Source: Octopus bimaculoides (taxonomy: Eukaryota). From it: a stretch of DNA of 64,000 bases. This document shows, piece after piece, positions 26,127-38,590 of this stretch; position 1 is the first letter of the stretch; every line of letters begins with the position of its first letter. Position numbers and translations under genes: made by a program. Below the pieces are notes generated by a model. It worked only from the letters and a program-made list of their open reading frames with translations, had not been told where the DNA came from and ran no database searches. The stretch lies in contig NC_068989.1 in assembly GCF_001194135.2 (NCBI RefSeq), positions 70,777,353 through 70,841,352 of the forward strand, in the 5' to 3' direction.

Positions 26127-26380
26127 CAGTTGTTCTCAAAGTGGGTAGTACTGCTTTCACCCCAGTGGGGCGGTGGAAAGAACCAGGAAGGGGGGGGATT
26201 GAAGGAAAGTGGGGTGATAATGAGGTGGCCAAAAGGGTTAATTAGATTAAGTTTTACCTGTGAAATATGGTTGTTTTGAATTAGCTGCAGAATACGGTCT
26301 ATGTTTGTGGTAGTGAGTGGAGGGGTGGTGCTAGAAATATAACCTGTGGTTTCTGTGATGAATGAAGAACAGAAGCACCG
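26127..26380. mobile_element. hAT (Charlie-like) MITE
   Basis: Termini cagttgttctc / agaagcaccg, flanked by 8-mers ttctatgg and ttctagac (5/8 match, NTCTAGAN-like target). It interrupts the LINE. Confidence 0.6.
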
Positions 26381-26495
26381 TTCTAGACATGAGAGTACTA
26401 CATCATGGATTCTCAACTAAGTTCTGCAGAATATGAATAATTGACAGGGGATGGAGTAACTGCTGCCCTGAAAGTGAAGGGCAGTCATTGCCATG

Positions 26496-26830
26496 TTAAC
26501 CCTTTTGTTACCAATTTCTTATTGAAATACTTTGCTACCTTTGTTTCAATCAATTTTGAAAATAAGGAACCCCTTAGCATTCAGATTATTCTGTCAAATA
26601 TAATGCTTAGTCATCCAATAGCTGTAAGATTTTGATGGTGTGATTGTTTATTTTTAGATTGACATTGTAGGGTAGGTGTGAAAGACCAGATCTGGCTGGT
26701 TTGAACAGAAAAAAGGTAGAATATTTTGGCTGGATATGGCCAGTTTAAATGCTAAAGGGTTAATATGATAATATAGTTGTTAATAAGCTGGTGTTTATAA
26801 CATAGATTAACATGAAAGTTATATTTTTTA
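26496..26830. mobile_element. piggyBac-like MITE with a second piggyBac-like MITE nested in it
   Basis: TTAA|CCCTTTTGTTAC at 26496. An inner element runs from cccttagcattcag (about 26570) to ...tttaaatgctaaaggg|TTAA (26760-26763), after which the outer family resumes (aagctggtgttt..aacat..attaacatgaaa). Confidence 0.6.
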
Positions 26831-27335
26831 AACCTGGTATTTATTCTATCAGGGTCTTTTGCTGGACTGCTAAGTGATGAGGACATAAACAAACCAACAC
26901 TTGCTGTTAAGCAGTGGTAGTTTGCTCATGTTAAGCTTGTATGACAGTGACTCTTGTTTAGAATCAACACAAGACATCAGAACAAGGAGACACAAACATA
27001 CACACGTGTGTGTGTGTGTGTGTGTGTATGATATCAGAAAGAGCATCCAGCCATAGAAACCATGCCAAATCAGACTGGAACCTGTTGCAGCTCTCCAGCT
27101 TTCCAGCTCTGGTCAAACCGTCCAACCCATGCCAGCAAGGAAAACAGACATTAAATGATGATGATGATGGTGCATACATACAAGATGGGATTCTTTCAGT
27201 TTCTGTCTACTAAATCCACTCACAAAGTTTTGGTTGGCCATTATAGAAGACACTTGCTTATGGTGTCATGCAGTGGGACTGAACCTGGAACTATGTGGTT
27301 GGGAAACAAACTACTTAACCACGTAGTACCAGTGG
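26830..27335 (-). mobile_element. SINE family A interrupted by a family-D copy
   Basis: Tail at 26830-26920 and head at 27185-27330; the family-D element (+) lies at 27030-27172. Confidence 0.7.
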
Positions 27336-27959
27336 CCAATAAGACCCAACAACTGGTGTGATTTTGAAGGCTTTAGCTGAGTGTCGCTTGTAACTATAAG
27401 CGTTGTGTGGCATGATGTCTACTTCAGATGAGTAGCAATTTTTTTCCTTCTTGCTGTTGAAAGAAACAAAAGTAGCAGAGCCATACTGGAGGACAGTTCC
27501 AAGGTTTCTGTTGATGCATTAAGTTTTTGTTTATCATGCAACATCTTCACAAGTGGGTAATAGCTAATGCATTACCAGCAAATATTAGAGAAAACTGAAA
27601 GGTAGTGTCGTCTGTGCAGGAGTAGATGTCGTTGGATATGGCAGCAAGCAAGTCATTGATGTATAAAAGGGAGAGAGGTGGGGAAAGGTAAGGGGCAAAA
27701 CCAAACATTGGGACCACACCATTAGAGATAGAAAAAGCTTCATCATGACATGCAGTAGTAGTGTAATCTAACTGGAAGCTAATGAACTAAAAGATGACAA
27801 TGCCAAAGTCAGGAAATTTCAAAATGAGAGATTAGTATAGCAGACACAGTTGGAAGCGTTGATGCTAGGTAAGACCCTACAAGCAGGCGACACCAGAGAG
27901 TATGATATCATTGGATCTGGCTTTACTGAAGTTGTATTGGTAGTCATTAAGGAGAGAGA

Positions 27960-28185
27960 GAATTGGCAGAACTGTTAGTATGCTGATCAGAGCACTTAAT
28001 ATCACTTCGCTTGTCTTTATGTTCTGAGTTCAAATTCCACCAAAGTTAACTTTGTTTTTCATTTTCCAGGGTCAATAAAATAAGTATTAAGTATCAGTCA
28101 AGTACCAGGGACAATGTAATCAACTTCTCCCTCTCCTCAAAAATGGCTGGCACTGTGCTAAAATATGAAACCATTATGGAGAGAG
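27960..28185 (+). mobile_element. SINE family B, decayed
   Basis: ttggcagaactgttag...gttctgagttcaaattccacc..gttaactttg..tttcat...aataaaataagta...ggccgg/gctggcactgtgctaaaatatgaaacc. Confidence 0.7.
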
Positions 28186-28664
28186 AGAGAGATTCAAAGT
28201 ATTGGAAATCATCATTGTTAATGGCTGTCTCCATTAACTCAGAGACATTAGAAGTGAGTGTGACTGGATGATAGTTGTGGGGTTCAGAGAAGTTGCTATC
28301 TTTGGGTGAGAGGACACTATGTAGTATGTTTTCAGAAATCATGATAGATCACTGTCGAGAGGGAGAAACTGACCAGTTTGATAAATATAAGGGCTAGTTT
28401 TGGAGGCACAATGTTTGAGCATAATAGAAGGGATATTGTATACAACACCCACCCACATAAATGTGTGTGTGTTAGCATGTATGTATATCATTATCATCAT
28501 CACCGTTTAACGTCCGCTTTCCATGCTAGCATGGGTTGGACGATTTGACTGAGGACGGGTGAACCAGATGGCTACACCAGGCTCCAATCTGATTTGGCAG
28601 AGTTTCTACAGCTGGATGCCCTTCCTAATGCCAACCACTCCGAGAGTGTAGTGGGTGCTTTTAC

Positions 28665-29000
28665 ATATAAAGCACATGACTCGGTAATTAGAGCGTCGGG
28701 CTCGCAATCATGAGGTAGTGAGTTTGATTCCCAAACCGGATTGGGCTGTATGTTTTTGTGCTGGAGCAAGTCACTGTATTTCACATTGCTCCAATTACTC
28801 AGCTGCAGGAATGAGTTGCAATGTCACTGGTGCCAAGCTGTATTGGTCTTTGCCTTTCCCTCAAACAACATCAGTGGTGTGAAGACGGGGGGGGGGCTGG
28901 TATGCATGGGCGACTGCTGGTCTTCTACATAATCTTGCCTGGACTTGTGCCTTGTAGCGGAACTTTCTAAGTGCAATTCCATGGTCATTCGTGACCAAAG
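28665..29000 (+). mobile_element. SINE family C, comparatively young copy
   Basis: tRNA-like head gcacatgactcggtaattagagcgtcgggctcgcaatcatgaggtagtgagtttgattccc, core ggagcaagtcactg...tactcagctg, and CpGs intact. Confidence 0.75.
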
Positions 29001-29284
29001 GGAGTCTTTATATCTTGTATGTATGCAAATGTGAATGTATATTCTTGCCTTGATGTCACATGATGGTTGTAAACGAATCTCACTATCATGTAAGCAGTGT
29101 CTGTCATTTCCAATCTTCAGTGAACACATGTCAGGCCATGGAGAAATACTACTTTACTTGGAAATGGGGAAAATTTGGTGATGGGAACGGCATCCAACCA
29201 TAGAAAATCTGTCTCAAGAAATTCCGTCCAGCCTATGTGAGCACCGAAAAGTAGATGTTAAAATGATGTGGATAATACACACAT

Positions 29285-29435
29285 CTGGTTCCAAACACTT
29301 TCTTTCTACCAAAAAACTTAGACTTTGGTTGGTGCCCAGACATATAGTAGAAGATACTTTCGCAAGTTGTCGCACAATAGGACTGAACCCCAAACCACAC
29401 AGACAGGAAGCAAGCTTCTTAACCACTCAGTCACA
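29285..29435 (-). mobile_element. SINE family A head
   Basis: atatagtagaagatactttcgcaag...ggactgaaccc...gcaagcttcttaaccactcagtcac. Confidence 0.7.
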
Positions 29436-29495
<60 letters not shown>

Positions 29496-29953
29496 TCCTT
29501 GCCTGGATGTTGTGCAATGGTTGCAAATGAATATTACCATCATATGAGCAATGTTATTTTTTTCCCCAGTTTGCCATGGAAACATGTCTGGTCATGGAGA
29601 AATATTACCTTGGATGGGAAAAGGTGAGTGTTGGTGACAGGAAGGGCATCCAGCTGAATAAGATCTGCCTCAAACTATTCCATGTGACCCATGTAAGCAT
29701 GGAAAAGTAGATGTTAAAGATGATAAATATATATGTAACCATATAATATATATATGTAGTATACATATGTTATATGCATGTATAGGTATACGTATATGTA
29801 TATATATACATTATATATATCTAAATATATTTATGTTGCTCAAATACATATTATTGCCACAAAGATATCTCTCTTAGCTAATTTTCATTTATGCAAATCA
29901 CTGATTCCAGAAATGTGTTGTACTCTTTTGTATATGTTTACAGGAGAAAAGAT

Positions 29954-30013
29954 AGGACAACTGCTACACTGATGATGCCTAATAAGGCAGAAACACATGC
30001 TTACAGTTGTCCT
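29954..30013 (+). ncRNA. Decayed type I hammerhead ribozyme motif (Penelope-type minimal)
   Basis: aggacaactg..CTGATGA(29969-75)-tgcct/aata/aggca-GAAA(29990-93)-cacat..cagttgtcct. Stem II is 5 bp and the outer stem I 10 bp perfect. Stem III acacat could be CpG-decayed acgcgt. Confidence 0.6.
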
Positions 30014-30424
30014 CTCATCTACAGACCATCTATCACACAGTCTTTTCTTTAATGGCATATCAAATTTTGTAGAATTCTTGATCTTTGAGATTATCTCCCT
30101 TTCTTACTTAGGTCTCAAATACCATTAAGTGATTGGTCTTTCTCTCTAGAAGCAAAGATAATTTTTAAAAATCAAAAATCTATCTTCTATGATAATATAC
30201 CTTTCTTCATCTTTGTTACATGACTTATTTACTGATAAATTTCTTATATATACAAATATTTGTTTTTACATCTGCTTTTCCATGTCGGCATGGATGAAAT
30301 GAATACATTATTGAAGCATTTTTTTTTTTTCACAGCCAGATGATCTTCCTTTCCTTATCACTAACCTTCACCCATTTCCAACAAGCTAATATTTCCCCAA
30401 AGCCAGATACAAAATGTCAAGACA

Positions 30425-30580
30425 GATTCAGCTTCTGTCTATCAAATATATCCATTCACAAGGTTTTGGTCAGCTCAGGGTTATAGTAGAAGACACTTGC
30501 ACAAGGTGCTGTCCTGTGGGTCTGAATCTAAAACTATTTGGTTGAGAAGCAAAGTCCTTAACATACAGTCATGCCTGGAA
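30425..30580 (-). mobile_element. SINE family A head
   Basis: ttcagcttctgtctatcaaat..ccattcacaaggttttggtc...tagtagaagacacttgcacaaggtg...aacatacagtcatgcctg. Confidence 0.75.
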
Positions 30581-31582
30581 CTCTTAAATATGTGTATGTG
30601 AATCATATTACACATATACTGTTAAATATACATAATATATACATCATTATATATTGCATATACATACATAGACCAAATGTATGTCTGTGTATCCTTTATA
30701 TAATACATATGTGGATATACACAACATACAAGTATATTAAATATATATGTAATATATACTTAATATATACATCATACATATGTACACACACACATGTATA
30801 AACATACACACACATATACATACATACATTCACATATACATACATACACACATATACATACACACATATATACATACATACGCACACACATATACATACA
30901 CACATCTATACATGCACATATATACACATGAATATACACACACACACACCAGATTGAAGAAAATAGGAAGGTCTCTCAGATGATTTTTGTGTGTTCTCTG
31001 AATAAGACAAATATAAATGAAGAGGTTCAAAAAAAATAATAGGAACTTGTATTGATACTTTTTTTGAAAAACCCTATTGTCATTGCCCATCCATCCCCGA
31101 AGGTCGTATCTTGAGCCGACAAAGCAGCAATAACGTCCTGGCCCTACAGGGCTCCGAGTTCAATCCGAGCCGAAAGCGAGAGCTCTCCAGGCGTTCAGTT
31201 TCAACGAGAAACTAAAAACATCAGTGATATTACAGTGATCAATTCTCGATTCAATCGACTTCAGTACACCTCCCTGACAAGTGTGTGGCCTTGTACCAAA
31301 GTGAGAAATCAATATTTATCATTTACACAATATATCACAGTAAAGCAACCAGTTAGACACACACACACAACCATTAGTCTTAATGAGAGAACTTGCTAAC
31401 AGTGAGCTTGCATATATAGGTTGTTTATTTTTGCGGTTCTCCATCTACATACATATCGAATATACACAAACAGACGCACATCATGTTTGCATACACCCAT
31501 AAATGAATAAGTATCAAACACATATATCTCTTTAATTAATTACCTCTAATCAAAAACACATGATATACATACCCAAAAGATA

Positions 31583-31632
<50 letters not shown>

Positions 31633-32289
31633 ATTTAATGTACAATACATGGATTTATATATTATTTTTGCATAATGTTGGCTGCTAAATAGACGCCAGC
31701 CTATGGATATCAACTGGTGAAATAAATATATTCACCTCATACCTCCTGACTTTCTTTCTCATCTATAAACACGCACGCACGGACGTATGCATGTATGTAT
31801 AGGTGCACCCGTTAACATATCCATATTAACATACATTAAATATGACATATATTAAAAATATACACACAAAGTTCACACGACTGACAACTTTGTAGAAGTG
31901 CGTGTACATATATACCCCCCCCCCCACACAAATATATGTGTGTGTATAATATGTACATATACACGCGTGCGCGCGCAAATACACACAAGACCACACTCAT
32001 ACGTATACATATAAAATAAGGGCACAACAAACACACATAAGAACACAAAACACAGGCACATAAATAAGCACACAGTTTCTTTGAGTGGCCTGCAATATTT
32101 TTGATATTTTCTTGGTAGATAGGTATTTTACCGAGGCAAGAATTTGCAATCAGAACTTCACTCCAATAATGGACTGAACTGGAAAGGAACTAAGCAAAAC
32201 AGCAGAAGATTCGAGCACTTTGAGTATGAGGGAACAAGAAGGAAAAAAAACCACCAGTATGAATATAGCACCAACATTAAATGACACTA

Positions 32290-32343
<54 letters not shown>

Positions 32344-34835
32344 GCACGCACACACACACACACAAAGACCAGGACCAAATAGATCTTGCTGAGCTACAAA
32401 TACATATATTAATTGGCAGATATGTCTAAGGTTGAATGCATAGAATTAAAAACATGACCAGAATTAAGAGAGATAATAGAGCGCAATGTCACGGGAATGT
32501 AGATAGAATAGACTTTGTGGGAAGAAGAATAGTTCCTTTACTGATCTGATACCATTTTTGGTACAGGACACATGAGAAGATAAGAGATATATCATGTAAG
32601 ATTTTTAAAAAAATATTATTTATTTATTGTAAACCTGACATAATACTGTGCTGTTGCTGTGTTTTTTGTTTCTAATTCTATATTTTAATTTATTTTAATT
32701 TTATATGGAGTATTTGTTTTGCTGAAATTAAGGACAATTCATTAAAGTAGGTAAGGTAAAGCATAGATCACACAAGCGGGTTTGTGAAAAAAAAAGCAGG
32801 TTTTACATATATGTGTGTGTGTGTGTCTTTGTACGTGCGCGCGTGTGTGTATATGTACGGGGTGGGGTGCTGATGTTTATGTTTGTATGTAAATATATAG
32901 AAATATAATTGAAAGAAAACAATTATATAGATTTAAGAAATTTCTTCAAATTAATTTGATGGATAAATAATGATAAAAGAATATATGATAAAAGAATATA
33001 TATCATCTGTTCTGTGTATATTATGCAAGTGCTTAACATACACAATACACTTTACACAGAGTGAGGTGGGAAAGGGGTATTTTCTTTTCTCTCTGTAAGT
33101 CCCTAAGTCAACCCCAATCGAGTTAGACTTATCACCAAAAGGTATTTCTTCTTTTTCAAGTTAATGGTCAGCGTGGTTTGAGAGAGAGAGAAAGAGAGGG
33201 AGAGATTTGGCTGCTTATTTCAGTAGGTCTGCCCTATCACGTAGAAATATGCGATGTGTGTGTGTGTCTATTTATCCTCTCCTTATACTCTAGAAACGAA
33301 AGGCAGGAGACCTTTGCCTTTAGAGTGTGTCTGTCTGTCATGTCAACAAAGACTGAACTAGTAACAGTGTAATAATATAATAATGAATATTTCACATCCA
33401 ACAAACTGGGGGACCCTGCTTATAGCAACGTGTCAAATTCCAGTTGAAGGGCCGTGTCATAAAAGGGAAATATTAAAAGTGTTTGACTATATATCTTAAA
33501 AGTCAGTGCTTTAAAGAAATTAACAAATAAATTAAAAAAAAAAAAAACATAGGTCAAGAATGATCGAGCAAGACCTATGATCGAAGCCGTTCCAGCCACG
33601 ACTTAACGTCTTTCAATCAGTCAAACAGCGCGTCTAAAGGTATCATTTATCAGAGGTGTCCTATATTTTTTGGGTTAAAGACAGTAGGGTGCGATTTGAG
33701 GGAGTTTTGGCTGTGTAGGTCGAGACAACGGAGGGGGGGGGAGCACCCCCTCGTTATCATGGTGCTAGAAAGTACTAAACTGATAGTGAGTGGGTAGTCA
33801 GATGGATGGATTGATGTTAGGTAGATAAATTGAGCGAGTGGATGCTAGGTAGATAGACAGAAAAACAGGCAGGGTTCGAAGAGAAAGTGCTAGATAGAAA
33901 TCTAGATAAAGTGTGTGTGTATTATATATATATATATATATATATATGCAGAGAGCGAGAAGGAAATACAGAAAAGAGAAAGCTGATTAAATAGACTGAA
34001 CGTTAGAGATAGCTGACGGGAAAGGGTACTATTGTAGAATAATGGGTACCTATATAATAGTAGTAATAAAGAAAATGAATATGACTATAGTTACGAAGAG
34101 ACAGAGGACTAAACAGGGAGAGAAAACAATATAGCAGCTAGCTGAATGGACTGAATGTTAAATAGAGGGAGTGAAAGTGAGGGGTCCTGTTATAGTATAC
34201 TGAAGGGGTACTATTATGTATACTATAATAGAAATGAAGGAAATGACTGTAAGTATAGTTATGGATAAGAGGGTTGAATAGGAAGAGACAGAGAGCTATA
34301 AGAAAGTATTGAAAAGAAAAGGACAGGGTATATGTGTGTGCATGCATGCATATATATATATAAATATATATAAGCACATTCGAGGAAGTGTATGCAACAG
34401 AAAGAGTAAATAGACAAGTAAATAGAAAAGAGGGGGGGGGAGAGATAGAGATAAACAAGGGGGAAAGAAGAAAAAAAGGGAGGAAAAAGTGAGAATGAAA
34501 TACAGTGAAGAAGAAGACGAATAGAAAACGAACAAACAAACAAGGATATCAAGAAGATATATAGATAGAAGCAAAGGGTAATAGGGCAGAAATACTTTGG
34601 TCTCCCTACTTTGTTTCAAACCCCAAAATAAATATAAACAGAGAAACAAATATTATATTTTGAATGGTAAATAAACCTTATAGGAGGATTAGATCGATAA
34701 AACGTGCCATTTGTAGTGGTGGACCTGTGATGAAGGAAAGATATACCTACACACACACACACACATATTTACACATAGACACACAATTTATATATACATA
34801 TATTCACATGCATTCTTTTTTATAGATACGCGTCC

Positions 34836-34869
<34 letters not shown>

Positions 34870-35979
34870 GCACACACGTTTATATATATATATATATATA
34901 TATTATAATGCACACNNNNNNNNNNNNNNNNNNNNNNNNNNNNNNNNNNNNNNNNNNNNNNNNNNNNNNNNNNNNNNNNNNNNNNNNNNNNNNNNNNNNN
35001 NNNNNNNNNNNNNNNNNNNNNNNNNNNNNNNNNNNNNNNNNNNNNNNNNNNNNNNNNNNNNNNNNNNNNNNNNNNNNNNNNNNNNNNNNNNNNNNNNNNN
35101 NNNNNNNNNNNNNNNNNNNNNNNNNNNNNNNNNNNNNNNNNNNNNNNNNNNNNNNNNNNNNNNNNNNNNNNNNNNNNNNNNNNNNNNNNNNNNNNNNNNN
35201 NNNNNNNNNNNNNNNNNNNNNNNNNNNNNNNNNNNNNNNNNNNNNNNNNNNNNNNNNNNNNNNNNNNNNNNNNNNNNNNNNNNNNNNNNNNNNNNNNNNN
35301 NNNNNNNNNNNNNNNNNNNNNNNNNNNNNNNNNNNNNNNNNNNNNNNNNNNNNNNNNNNNNNNNNNNNNNNNNNNNNNNNNNNNNNNNNNNNNNNNNNNN
35401 NNNNNNNNNNNNNNNNNNNNNNNNNNNNNNNNNNNNNNNNNNNNNNNNNNNNNNNNNNNNNNNNNNNNNNNNNNNNNNNNNNNNNNNNNNNNNNNNNNNN
35501 NNNNNNNNNNNNNNNNNNNNNNNNNNNNNNNNNNNNNNNNNNNNNNNNNNNNNNNNNNNNNNNNNNNNNNNNNNNNNNNNNNNNNNNNNNNNNNNNNNNN
35601 NNNNNNNTATATATATACGCATAAGCATGTAGATTGATAGATACCACTTTAACACTTTTTATATACGTAAATTATGAACACGCATAAACATACCCACTCT
35701 CTCTCTTTCTCTCGCACACATTTATATATATAAGCATAAATACACATACATACATATAAGCATGAATACATATACACACATCATATATATACATACACAT
35801 ATATATATATATATAGTTTATATATATATAGACACACCAACGCGCATAACGTACACACACGCACATGTATGCTTGTTTATGTTGAGAGGGAGGGGGAGAT
35901 GTTGGATGTGAAAAGGGGGAACGAAAAGAAAAATAAATATATATTACTGTAAATATAAATATAAATATCATTTACTTAC

Positions 35980-36051
35980 TCTCATGTCGTTTATGATGGC
36001 TTGAAACAAGCCTCCCAGAGCACTGCAATCTTTTTCTAACTTTGAATCCAT
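35980..36051 (-). CDS. MTSS1: First coding exon of an MTSS1/MIM-like I-BAR (IMD) actin/membrane-shaping protein
   Basis: Minus strand ATG (caaaaATG context, in-frame TAA 51 nt upstream) encodes MDSKLEKDCSALGGLFQAIINDMR. This aligns with the vertebrate MTSS1 N-terminus MEAVIEKECSALGGLFQTIISDMK as I recall it. A phase-0 consensus donor GA|GTAAGT follows at 35979-35974. The ORF track misses it (24 aa). Confidence 0.9.
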
Positions 36052-36304
36052 TTTTGTTTTGTGGTGATGAACGATCGCAGGAGACGACAAAGCAAAATTT
36101 TAATAATATTACACGGCTAAAAAGGAGTGTGTAGAAATTTCTTTTCTTTTCTTTTTTTTTCTTATTTTTAAATGCAAGCAAGATGGATTAGCAAGAGAAA
36201 GATATAGAAATAAAGAGAAATAGAGAGGGAGAGTGAGTGAGAGAGTGAGTGAGTGACTGATTGACTGACTGACTGACTGAGTGAGAGAGAGGAGAGGGAC
36301 TGTT

Positions 36305-36330
<26 letters not shown>
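36052..36330 (-). promoter_or_regulatory. Probable 5' UTR / promoter-proximal region of the MTSS1-like gene
   Basis: Non-coding sequence directly upstream of the ATG, with CT and TCAC/TCAG repeats and retained CpGs. The TSS cannot be located from sequence alone. Confidence 0.4.
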
Positions 36331-36337
<7 letters not shown>

Positions 36338-36352
36338 TTGTAGATCTACCTA

Positions 36353-36395
<43 letters not shown>

Positions 36396-36999
36396 GCGTG
36401 TATGTAAGTGTGTAGTATACGCGCGTGCGTGTTTTTTTCCCCCTTCTTTCTTTCTATCTGAAAGAGAAACGAAGGTGGGGTTGTATTGAAGGAAACTATT
36501 GGTGGGTGGACCTTGAAGGAAAATTTAAAAATAAAACAGAGATTCTCCTTTTTTTTTTTTAAATTTAAATTTAAAAAAAAAATATGGCACAAACAGGTAT
36601 ATATATATCAATAAAGTTATCCCAGGGCTTATACATATATGTATATATATATATATTTTATTATATTATATATACATAAGTTTGTTAATATATTTTTCGT
36701 TTTTTTTTGCTTCTTTTTGTGTTGTTTTCCTTCTTTTATAGTAAATGTAATATCTTCTCTTCTCTTTCTCAAGGTGGTGTCATCATCATCATCGCCAAGA
36801 GAATTTTGGCTGCTGAAAGCTTGTTGTCGACATGTAGCCGCTGCCACTACTAGCAGTGGATGCTAGTACTACAACTAAGGATGATGGGATCGCTACTGCT
36901 ACGGCTACCACCACTACTACTACGAATAATAACACTATTGATACTAATACTTCAGCCGTTTATTATTATTATTACTGTGGCTTATACACTTCTACTCTA

Positions 37000-37465
37000 T
37001 CTTTCTCTATCTCTCCCTTCCACTCTTGCTTTATCTCTATTTCCTCCCACTTACACACTATCTTTCTCCTACTCATACATTCTTTCTATCTCTCTTACCC
37101 TCACTCTCTCTTTCTCCTAGCCTCACTTTATCCTCTACCTTTCCTCCACTCACACCCTCTCTATTTTTTCCCACTCACACTGCTTATCTTTCTACCACTC
37201 ACACGTTCTCTCTCTCTCTTTCTGATTTACCCTCTACCTTCCTCTTATTCTCACTCTATCTTTCCACCACTCACACATTCTCCCTATCTTTCTCCCACTC
37301 TCACTCTCTCTCTCTCTATCGTTCTCCTATTCACTCTCCCCTTCTTTCTCCCACTCTCTCATTCTCTTTCTGCCTTTCTTACGCTCACATTCTATCTATT
37401 TATCTTTCTCCTACTCACAAACCTACACACTCTCTCTATTTTTCTTCCTTTCTCTAACTCACTCC
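37000..37465. repeat. CT-rich polypyrimidine low-complexity tract
   Basis: Direct observation; explains ORFs 36856..37629 and 37026..37457. Confidence 0.85.
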
Positions 37466-37883
37466 CAACAACAACAACAGCAACTACTACTATCATTCTT
37501 ACTACTATTACTGCCACCATTTTCGGCTGCTACCACAACCACGGAACACTACTCCCACCACAACTACTATTCCTTCTGTTATTACTGATACTGCTGCTGC
37601 TGCTGTTGTGGTTTCTTCCATTTTGTTGAGTGCTGTCTTTCCGACTATCAACCCAGCAGTCAGTCAGCCGTTCGTCTCCTCTACGGCTGCATGTCATTCT
37701 TGTTCTATCTAACTGTTGCCAGATAATTTTGGAGGTCGAAATAGAGAAAAGATAGCGAGAGAGAGAGAAACCGAGAGTATTTCTGATCTGATCTGATCTG
37801 GTCTTGTCTGCGTCGGCACGAATCAATTGTGGAAACTATATATATATATATATACGCACACATATACACATCTATGTATACAC

Positions 37884-37942
<59 letters not shown>

Positions 37943-38404
37943 NNNNNNNNNNNNNNNNNNNNNNNNNNNNNNNNNNNNNNNNNNNNNNNNNNNNNNNNNN
38001 NNNNNNNNNNNNNNNNNNNNNNNNNNNNNNNNNNNNNNNNNNNNNNNNNNNNNNNNNNNNNNNNNNNNNNNNNNNNNNNNNNNNNNNNNNNNNNNNNNNN
38101 NNNNNNNNNNNNNNNNNNNNNNNNNNNNNNNNNNNNNNNNNNNNNNNNNNNNNNNNNNNNNNNNNNNNNNNNNNNNNNNNNNNNNNNNNNNNNNNNNNNN
38201 NNNNNNNNNNNNNNNNNNNNNNNNNNNNNNNNNNNNNNNNNNNNNNNNNNNNNNNNNNNNNNNNNNNNNNNNNNNNNNNNNNNNNNNNNNNNNNNNNNNN
38301 NNNNNNNNNNNNNNNNNNNNNNNNNNNNNNNNNNNNNNNNNNNNNNNNNNNNNNNNNNNNNNNNNNNNNNNNNNNNNNNNNNNNNNNNNNNNNTATACAT
38401 ATAT

Positions 38405-38573
38405 ACGACGGGCTTCTTTCAGTTTTCGTCTACCAAATCCACTCACAAGGCTTTGGTCGGCCCAAGGCTATAGTAGAAGACACTTGCCCAAGGTGCCACG
38501 CAGTGGGACTGAACCCGGAACCATGTGGTTGGTAAGCAGCAAGCTACTTACCACACAGCCACTCCTGCGCCTA
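38405..38573 (-). mobile_element. SINE family A head, young
   Basis: acgacgggcttctttcagttttcgtctacc...gccacgcagtgggactgaacccggaacc...ccacacagccactcctgcgcct, CpGs intact. Confidence 0.9.
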
Positions 38574-38590
38574 TATATATATATATATAA

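Larger units (their letters stand above)
25600..28350 (-). mobile_element. L2/CR1-group LINE RT domain to 3' end, split by at least five younger insertions
   Basis: Collinear minus-strand motifs: SPKDSNFSEPHNYHPVTLTSNVSELMETAINN (28.3 kb), LKFPDFGI..SNGV (27.8), LLYINDLLAAISNDIYSCTDDTTF (27.65, YADD equivalent), FVSFNSKK (27.47), MM*YSHV* (26.4), HPLPYRHSVSSHCLF..PPPL (26.0), TKHYAQFFHP*VPTLWNS..KRNINRI (25.7). Confidence 0.8.

Noticed and set aside
28665-28745. tRNA-like sequences (also the heads of SINE A and SINE B)
   Set aside because: A/B-box-like heads continue into SINE bodies with no complete cloverleaf or acceptor stem; they are SINEs, not tRNA genes.
32116-32283. 53-codon plus-strand open frame (VFYRGKNLQSELHSNNGLNWKG...)
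   Set aside because: No recognisable homology, no convincing splice pair, and below noise for this window.
34840-34915. Duplicated (TA)n-ttataatgcacac unit beside a gap
   Set aside because: Probably a collapsed or misassembled tandem repeat at a contig end.
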